NCBI GenBank assembly: GCA_028534125.1
Contig: CM052817.1
Coordinates: 77,440,001-77,504,000, forward strand
Length of the DNA stretch: 64,000 nt
Reading direction: 5' to 3'
Source of the DNA: Lama glama
Taxonomy: Eukaryota
Positions 55,395-64,000 of this stretch are shown here, in pieces. The position numbers and the translations under genes are program-made. How positions within the stretch are numbered: the first letter of the stretch is position 1; each line of letters opens with the position of its first letter. The notes under the pieces were generated by a model that searched no databases, was not told where the DNA came from, and was given only the letters and a program-made list of their open reading frames with translations.

Positions 55395-55825
55395 TTTTTT
55401 AAATTGAAGTATAGTCAGTTTACAATGTTGTGGCAATTTTTGGTGTACAGCATAATGTTTCAGTCATATACATATATTTGTTTTCATATTCTTTTCCATT
55501 ATAGGTTACTATAAGGTATTGAATATAGTTCCGTGAGATAAACAGTATAAACTTTTTGTTTATCTATTTTATATATAGTAGTTAGTTATCTGCAAATCTC
55601 AAACTCCAAATATATCCTTTCCCTCCTCCTCCCCCTGGTAACCATAAGTTTGTTTTCTGTGTCTGTGAATCTGCTTGTTTTGTAAAAAAGTTAATTTGTG
55701 TCTTTTTTAAGACTACACATGTAAGTGATATTATATGCTATTTTTCTTTATCTGGCTTACTTCATTTAGGAAGACAATCTCCAGGTCCGTCCATGTTGCT
55801 GAAAATGGCATTATTTTATTCTTTT
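55395..55825 (-). mobile_element. 5'-truncated lineage-specific L1, antisense, with a perfect 16-bp TSD
   Basis: TSD tttggcataattttct at 55379-55394 and 55826-55841. Antisense 3'UTR begins ttgaagtatagtcagtttacaatg. Confidence 0.92.
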
Positions 55826-56653
55826 TTTGGCATAATTTTCTCCTGAAGATCATGTCTTAAAACATAAGCCATTGCCTTTAATGTCATACTCTGTATTCTG
55901 GGTATACGTGTGCTCTTGTCTTTCTCTAGTCACCAGTGGAAACTAGTGATTAGTAAAATTCACAAGAAATAAAACACAGTTTTTCATTGGACACAAAGAA
56001 ATTGAGCAAAAAAGTACAAAATGCTGAAAACAACTTAAAGTTTGCTGGGTTTGGTGGTGGTTTAGTTTGTCCTTGTTACTTTAATTTTATTTTCTGTGTT
56101 TGTTTTGTAGATTTTCTAATATAGTCTTCTCTAGTTCCTCCATTTGTAAAGTGACAGTGGTTTTCTATATCAAAGGACATCTCATTCTTCAATTATCTTT
56201 CTTAATGTAATCCTTGAGCTTTACAAAAATGAGAGCTGTATAATGGATGAATTTTTTTATTGCTTCAGCTTACTATGTACCTGTTAAGCTTGCTATCTAG
56301 TTGTCTAATATAAATGCTTAAATAATATTTAGTAAGATGAGCAGTTATATATCACTGAACAATCTTTAGTGTGTCCTTGAGTAGCTATATTGTTTGTCAG
56401 TGAAAAGATGTTGAAGTGAAATTTCACTTTATAGTTTGATGGCTAGGCAAAGATACTATTAAGAGTATATTTCATTAGCTTTATTAACAATGATTCTCTA
56501 CTACTGTGGGATTTAGATATTTCTGATTTTCTTTATGTTATATTTATATGGTATCTTAGAAATTTATATAAAAAACAAATACTATTTTATGATCAAGAAA
56601 ACCCAATAAACTTAAAAGAACAAATAAAGGAGTCTCCTGGCTTTGTCAGCTAT

Positions 56654-57096
56654 TGTATTAGTTTCCTAGGGCTGCTGTCACAAAGTGACAAGCTGGGTGG
56701 CTTGAAGTAATAGAAATTTATTCTCTCACGGTTCTGGAGTTTAGAAGTCCAAAATCAAGGTGTTTGCAGGATTGGTTTCTTCTGAGGGCTCGGTGTATAA
56801 TCCTTCCTTGCTACTTTCTAGCTTCTGGTGGTGGCTGTCAATTCTTCGTGTCCTTGACTTACAGCTTTATCATTCTAACCTCTGCCTGTCATCAGCACAT
56901 GGTGTCCTCTCTCTGTCTGTTTCTTACTCTGATGACTTCTGCTAGTCTTACTGGATTAGGCCCCCAACCTGATGATCTCACCATAATCCAGTTACATCTG
57001 CAAAAACCCTATTTCCAAATGAAGTTATGTTCACAGGGATTAGAGGCTAGGACTTCAGAATATCTTTTGAGAGGGGAACACAATTCCACCATAACA
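56654..57096 (-). mobile_element. MLT1B/C-like MaLR solo LTR
   Basis: tgtattagtttcctagggctgctgt...agaaatttattctctcac.gttctggag...cataaca. 5-bp TSD gctat/gcttt. Confidence 0.9.
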
Positions 57097-57514
57097 GCTT
57101 TAATCAGTCCAATTTAAGGTATCATTACCATTTACCTAGACTATTCTAGTAGCCTAATAAAATCATTGGTTGTTAGAATTTGAATAAATTCCATGTAGCC
57201 TAGTCCTCTCCATTTTAAAAATAGAAGAAAAAATTTACAGCAATTGAAGACTTTAAATAGTGTGCTATAGATTTCCTAATTATTTAAGGTACTGGGCTTA
57301 AACTTTGGAGGAAGAAAATGGAGTTAGTATCTAGGGTAATAAAGGAAAGAAGCCCTGGAATCTTGCCTTTTGAGTCAAGTTATTACTGGTAAAGCACTGA
57401 TTCATAAGGAAACAGCAGTAATTTTCTATCTTTCCTTTTTCCTCAAACTCTTGGCACATTTTCAAGTTAAAATAAAAAATTTTAAATCATAAGCTTGAAA
57501 TAGTTGCATGAGAT

Positions 57515-58680
57515 AAGATTGTCAATCCTTCTCAAACTCTTTGAATCAAATGAAGAGGAAACACTTTCAAACTCATTTTGCAAGTCCAGCTTTACAGTGA
57601 TTCCAAAGGTAAATAAGATCATTGTAAGGAAAGAAAACAATAGGCCAATATTGCTGGTGAATATAGGTGCAAAAGTTCTTAGCAAATTCAATAGCACATT
57701 AAAAGGATCATACACTATGATCAAGTGGGATTTACCCCTGGGATGGAAAGATGATTCAACATTTGCAAATAAACACATGTGATATACCACATTAATAGAA
57801 GGAAAGTTAAAAGTCATATGAGTATATCAATAGATTCAGAATAGGCATTTAACAAAATTCAACTTTCAACATAAAAATTCTCAACAGAGTGGTTATAGAG
57901 GAAACATACCTCAACATAATAAAGGCCGTATTTACAAGCCCACAGATAACATCATACTCAACTATAAAAGATCCAAAGCTTTTCCTCTAAGAATAGGAAT
58001 AAGACATGGGTGACCACTCTCTCCACTCCTATTCAGCATTTTACTGGAAGTCATAGACAGGGCGATTAGGCAAGAAAAAGAAAGAAAAGGCGCAACATTG
58101 GAAAGGAAGAGGTAAAGTTTCTCTGTTTGCAGATGACAATCTTATATATAGAAAATTCTAAAAACCACCAAAAAAAACCCTTTTAGATGAATAAATAAAT
58201 TCAGTAAAGGATCCTGATGCAGGATACAAAAATCAACATACAGAAATCAGTTGCATTTTTATACACTAACATTGAAATATCTGAAAAAGAACTACAGCAG
58301 TTTCATTTACACTAGCATCAAAAACAATAAAATAAGAATAAATTTAACCAAGGAGGTGAAAGGTCTGTCCACTGAAAACTATAAGATATTGAAAGACATT
58401 AAAGATACACAAATACATGAAAATATACCCGATGTTCATGAATTGGCAGAATTAATATAATTAAAGTGTTTATACTACCAAAAGCCAAATATAAATTCAA
58501 TACAATTCCTATAAAAGTTCCCATGACATTTTTCACACAAAGAGAAAAAGCACTTCTAAAATTTGTATGGAGCCACAAAAGACCCAAAGCTATCCTAAGA
58601 AAGAACAAAGCTGGAGGCATTGCACATCCTGATTTCAAACTACATTAAAAAGCTGTAGTAATCACAACAGTATGGTACTG
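57515..58680 (+). mobile_element. Decayed L1 ORF2 (reverse transcriptase region) fragment
   Basis: Frameshifted peptides LLKLF..EEETLSNSF...KENNRPILLVNIGAKVL and [14 protein letters not shown]...[29 protein letters not shown] are L1 ORF2p signatures. Confidence 0.95.
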
Positions 58681-60214
58681 GGGCAATGGCCAAAAGACAG
58701 AGTAGGAAGATAGTGAGCTCACCTCCCACAGGCACACCAAAATTACAGCTAATTAGAGAAACTATTGGTTAGAAAAACCAGCATAGTAGGAGAAAAGACC
58801 TTCTACAACTGAAGATATGTACAATATAGGACATATAGGAGGACATGGTATAGTACCTGCAGGTGGGACACCCACAGACAGGAGATTAGTTATAGTTGCA
58901 GAGGTTCTCCCCAAGGCATGAATGGTTCAAGCCCCACATCCAGCTCCCCAGCCTGGGGGTCCAGCAATGGGATGATGAGCTCCCCAGAACATTTGACTTT
59001 GAAGGTCAATGGGGCTTACTTTCTGGATAGCCAGAGGGCTGTGGGAAATAGAGACACCCTCCACTCCTTAAAGGCGTACACAAAATCTCACATGCTCTGG
59101 GACCTAGGGCAGAAGCAGTAATTTAAAAGGAGCCTGGGTCAGACTGACCTACTGATCTTTGAGATCCTCCTGGAAAGGCAGAAAGCAGCTGGGGCTCGCC
59201 CTGGGGATATAGACACTGGTGGCACCCATATTTGGGAGCTCTCTTTACCACATGGACACTGGTGCTGGCAAACACCATTCTGGACTCTTCTTTCTACCTT
59301 ATTAGTGCCAGGACTCAGCCAGGCACACCGGTTGTCAGCACAAGAACTGGGATGCCTCAGGCCAGGCAACTAGCTGAGCTGAGACTCAGCCCCACCCACT
59401 AGGAGGACTGCTGCCCCAAAAGCCCATGAACCCACAGCCACTGCAGGACCTGGCCCCATACACCAGTGCACTGGCATTAGCCCCAGGACCTTGCAGCCAG
59501 AGACTTTAGGACCTAGCTCCTCCCACCAGTGGGCCAGCACTAACCCTGGGACCATCTGGGTCTCAGTCCCACCCACCAGCATGCCAGCACCAGTTCCAGG
59601 ATCCTCGGGGCCCTTCAGCCAGAGACTTAGGAACTCAAATCTTCCCACTAGTGAGTTTGCACTAGTCTAGGATCTCCTGGGCCATGGCCCCACCTACCAG
59701 CAGGTCACCAGACTGGAGACACTTTGGACCCCTCAGCCAGCTGCCCCAGGATCTAGCAACACTAACAGCTTTGGGACACCATGGACCCTGCCATTTGCAG
59801 CAACATGGAGTGATCTGGAGATTGTCATACTAGGTAAAGTAAGCGAGAAAGAGAAATAAAAATACCATATGGTATCACTTATATGTGGAATCTAAAAAAT
59901 GATACAAATGAACTTATTTACAAAATGGAAACAGACTTACAGACATAGAAAACAATTTTATGGTTACCAAAGGGAAAAGAGGATTGGGAAGGCATAAATT
60001 AGGAGTTTGGGGATTAGCAGATACACAAACTACTATATATAAAATAGAAACAACAAGGTCCTACTGTTTAGCACAGGGAACTATATTCAGTATTTTATAA
60101 TAACCTATAATAAAAAAGAATATGAAAAAGAATATATGTATGTATGTGTAACTGAATCATTGTGCTGTACACCAGAAGCTGAGACAAAAATGTAAATCAA
60201 CTAAACTTAAAAAA
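58681..60214 (+). mobile_element. Internally deleted L1: 5'UTR (58681-59790) joined to the ORF2 end and 3'UTR (59791-60214)
   Basis: GC-rich L1 5'UTR-like start (gagtaggaaga...gagctcacctcc...cacaccaaaattaca) with ~120-bp repeats, then an abrupt switch to ccatttgcagcaacatgg...atcacttatatgtggaatctaaaaaa and a short A-tail. Confidence 0.8.
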
Positions 60215-60517
60215 GTTTACGAACTCCTATTGTATGACAAATAAGAACTAGGAATGTATTGTACAACATGATAAATACATTTAACACTACTATATATTTA
60301 TGTATGAAAGTTATTAGAGTAAATCCTAAGAATTCTCACCACATGGAAATTTTTTTCCTTCTTTTATTTTGTATCTGTATGAGATGATGGATGTTCACTA
60401 AGCTTATTTTGGTGGTCACTTCATAATGTATGTAAGTCAAATCGTTATGCTGTACACTTTAAACTCACACAGTGCTGTGTGTCAATTATATCTCGGTAAA
60501 AGTGGGGGAGAAAAAGA
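60215..60517 (+). mobile_element. Older L1 (L1MA/L1MB-type) 3'UTR
   Basis: gtaaatcctaag..ttctca...tgagatgatggatgtt.act...atgctgtacac.ttaaact...gtcaattatatctc. Confidence 0.85.
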
Positions 60518-60519
60518 AT

Positions 60520-62760
60520 CTGAGTACCCTTTTGCTATCACTTTCTCCCTCCACCCCTACTCATTCTCTGTAGGCATCCCCTTCTCCAGTCCAAGCAACC
60601 ACTGATCTGTTTGTCTCTGGAGCTGTCTGTTTTGGACATTTTGTATGAATGAAATCCTATGTGTGCTCTTTTGTGATGGACTTATTTCACTTATCAAAAT
60701 GTTTTCAGTGTTCATGTTGTAGCATGTATAATTCTTCATTTCTTTTTATGGCTGAATAATATTCCATTGTGTATTTGTGTGTAAACAGACACATATATAG
60801 ATACATACATGCTGTATCTTATTTATCCATTCTTTAGTTGAACACTTGGGTTGTTTTTCCATCTTTCAGCTTTTATGAATATGCTCCGTCAGCTCTTTTT
60901 TGCACAGCTTCCTAAGTATTTATTGAAAGAATAAATGTAGAATCACATTTGCTTTCCTATAATAAAGCTTACTGGATTATTATTTTTTAATGGTAAATTA
61001 TTTTTTGACACAGTGATGAATTATGTTTGTTCTGTTTACAAGTGTTGCACCTTGAATCGCATGTCACGTTGGTCTGAGGTTGATCATGTTTTGATATTAA
61101 GGTTTTGTTAGCTTTATGACATGATTTGGGGTACTTATTTTTCCTGTGGCCTGCAATATTTTAGCACTACAACTAACAGTTCTTTAAAGCTGAAATAAAA
61201 TTAAACTTTGATTCCATCTGATCTGTAGATGCCATTTTCAGTGGGAGAACTTTTGTTTCTTTTCTATTTTCTTCTAGTATTTTAAAAAAATGTTCTATTT
61301 CTCTTGGGTTAATTTTGGTAATTTGTATTTTTGGTGAATTGGTAATTTTGCTATGAAATTATCTGTTCCTTTAGATTTTCAAAATTATTATCATGAGATT
61401 TAAGTAGTATTCTTTTGGTTGCTTATATATATGTGGTCATTTCTTTGTTATCAATCCTATTGGTGTTTACCTTTCTTTTTATTTTTTCTTTAATCAGGCT
61501 TACAAAGATTTTGTTTTTTAGCTTTTACAAAAATTTAGTTTTGGATTTATTTTTTCTTTCTGTTGTTTGCCTATTAATGGGCTTGAAAAGTAGTCTCTCT
61601 CCCCCTGTCTCTTTTAAGATTTTACAGTTTTCGGCCTACTTCCTTCCTTCCCCATGACATCTTTGGATTTTTGAGTTTTCTATTCTATTTGTCTCTGGGT
61701 TTTTCAGTCTTTAATTGTGGAAAACTCTTAATTTTTCTAAAAATATTTAATCAGTTTACTTTTTCCCTTTCTTTGTGGGAACCCTTGTAGATAGGTATTG
61801 ATGCTTTTAGATTTGATCCATGTGTCTTAGCTTTTTGAACATATTTATAATTTTCACTTCTTTTTTTTCCACTATTTTTAGGAGAATTTCTTGACCTGAA
61901 ATTATTTCTTATTAGTATAATATTCCCTTCTGTTTATTTTGCTAGTTATTGCATCCTTTGAGTTTTTTACTTCAGTAGTTTCAAAAATAAACTCATATTC
62001 AATTGGAGTGTATTTATTAAGTTTATTTAAATTGTGTTCCCTTTGATCTGATCATTCTGTTTCCTGTGGTGTAGATTGTTTGCTTTGCTGCCTTTCTCTC
62101 ATAGTGTTCACTCTGCAAGCGTCTGGTTATCTTTTTCCTGGGAGTAAAAAGTTATAAGCTAGTAATATTTACATGAAGAAAAGAATGAATGCAATGTGTT
62201 TCTTCAGGTGATTTCAGGGAACAGAAGTGGGGATGTAAGGGCTTGATTTGGGGTAACGTGGCTCGAGAGTTTGTTCCAGCAAGAACTACTTGTTGGCCCT
62301 GCCTAGAGGTGTGATCTTCTCCAGGTCCTGCTGTCCTCTGTTCTATTTGTGGAGGAAGGTGAGGATAGAACACACAGGAGCCTTGCAGGCCATCTGTACT
62401 TGTTACCACTTTCCAAACTGGCTGTGCTCTGGTGCTTTCCTGATGTTATGATCTCCCTTACCCTCCAGATGGCACCGGGGTGGTAGCAGAGCTTTCCTGT
62501 TTCACTGCATTGTGTGGGATGGGAATTCTCTGCCCAGAGCAATGTGAGGAATGGAAAAGGTCACGACTAGAAAGATCTCTCCCAGTCTGTGACACTTGGC
62601 CCTCTCTCTCTTTTGGCTGCTGTTTCTCCCCAACTCTAGAAGCCAGTTACTTTTGGTATCCTTAATATTTCCCCTTTTGACTACCTGTTGCTTTTGTATA
62701 ATCTCCAGAGTTGGCTTGAAGGAAGAGAATCAGAAACACATACTAGTTTGACATCTTGTG
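60520..62760 (-). mobile_element. Ancient antisense L1 fragments (L1MB/L1ME-like)
   Basis: caaccactgatctg...ttttatggctgaataatattccattgt and T-rich ORF2 remnants. Confidence 0.65.
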
Positions 62761-63369
62761 CAGGAACAGAAGCCACAATATTTTAAAATTATCTACTTGT
62801 GCCTGTGCCCTTCACAGAACTAAATTCATTAAGGTAGAGATTGTTTCATATATGTTGGCAGAATTCATGGTAAAGACCTGGTACTTAGTTAAATAATTGT
62901 TGAAAGAATATCATTTTAAAGGATTCTTCCACTAAAAACACAAATTTACTGCCAATACAGAGCTCCTTTAATGTTGTAAAATCTTACCTACATTTATTAA
63001 AAATTTGTGTGAAAGTTTTTAGGATCATGTAGAACATTTTAGAGGAAGTTACAATCCATAGAGTTAAAATAAAAAGAAGTGAACAACTAACATAATGTGG
63101 AGTTTTATAATTCTTGACACATTTAACCTCTGTTAAACAGGGCTGTTATTGTTGTCTCCATTTTATAGATGAAGCTGTGAATCAGAGATGACAAGAATTT
63201 ATATACCGAACAGCTTATTAGCGACAAGCTAATATGTATGGCTGGAAACAAAAGGCTTCTGACTTTAATTCTGTAGAGACTAATGCTTTTCTTCTTTATT
63301 CCTCATTGCTTTGCTGTCTTTGAACTGACTTGTGCCATTCTGTCTCTCTTTTTTTTTTATGCTGTGAAA

Positions 63370-63836
63370 ATTAAACTCAATGACTTTAAACCCAGAGTTT
63401 AAATTTAAAGCCAAACTCCTTATATAGGGCTTTTAAGATCCTGCATGATCTCTCTCGCTTTCCCATCCTCCCTTTTCATCTGTTACCCTCTTAGTTCACA
63501 TTTCTCCTGCCGCACTGAGCTTCTTACTACCCTTCCAATTTGCTGTTTACTTCACTAGGTCGCATCTTCACTTCCCTTCAAATCTTTGTGCAAAGGTAAC
63601 CTTCTCAATTAGACTTTCCGTGACCATCCTATTTAAAAGGGGAAACCGTCTCCCATTATATGCACTTCTTATCCCCTTTCCTTGCATTGTTTTTCTGTTA
63701 GCACTCAGTGCATAACTCTTCTGGTATAGGATACAATATATTATTCATTTTATTATTGTCTGTCTTTCCTCATTAAAATGTCAGTTCTAGTGCCTGCACA
63801 GCACGTGGCTCAATAAATGTTGAATGAATGAATGCA
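63370..63836 (+). mobile_element. LINE-2 3' end
   Basis: ccaaactcctt...ccctgaccatcctatttaaaa-like motifs ending in ctcaataaatgttgaatgaatgaatg. Confidence 0.75.
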
Positions 63837-64000
63837 GGAAGAATATTCAATTGATTAAGCTAAACTTTGTTAGTAATACTTGATTATTTTTAGTTAAGAA
63901 GTTGGACAGTTAGTCTTTTAGCCAGGAGCATGTATTCATGAATAATGTGGAAATTTACTTTAACTCACTAAGATACATTTATCAATGTAAGATTTCTTCT

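Noticed and set aside
57482..58648. Reverse-transcriptase-like peptides as a possible functional RT system
   Set aside because: These are ordinary L1 ORF2 remnants broken by frameshifts and stops.

Overview
This is AT-rich mammalian genomic DNA, not prokaryotic. The repeat content suggests a non-ruminant cetartiodactyl, probably a camelid; that is an inference. Bases ~1.0-33.2 kb hold the complete + strand MYOZ2 gene (myozenin-2/calsarcin-1). It has one non-coding exon and five coding exons: 1745-1820, 16755-16924, 21784-21913, 26624-26807 and 31396-31639. All introns are GT-AG and in phase, giving 804 nt and 267 aa ending in ESEDL. A CpG-island promoter with a first exon at ~48.5-49.3 kb is most likely the 5' end of USP53, called from recalled gene order only, since no coding exon is in the window. 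The remainder is intron and intergenic DNA full of decayed L1, L2, CR1/L3, MIR, MaLR/ERVL LTR and hAT elements, with two microsatellites and an exact 500-N assembly gap. I found no new biological system. The most notable details are a perfect in-frame 9-bp duplication near the MYOZ2 C-terminal PDZ-binding motif, a short uORF in MYOZ2 exon 1, and an internally deleted L1 with its 5'UTR fused to its 3' end inside an older L1. Repeat family names come from recognised motifs and need RepeatMasker/Dfam confirmation, and repeat boundaries are approximate.
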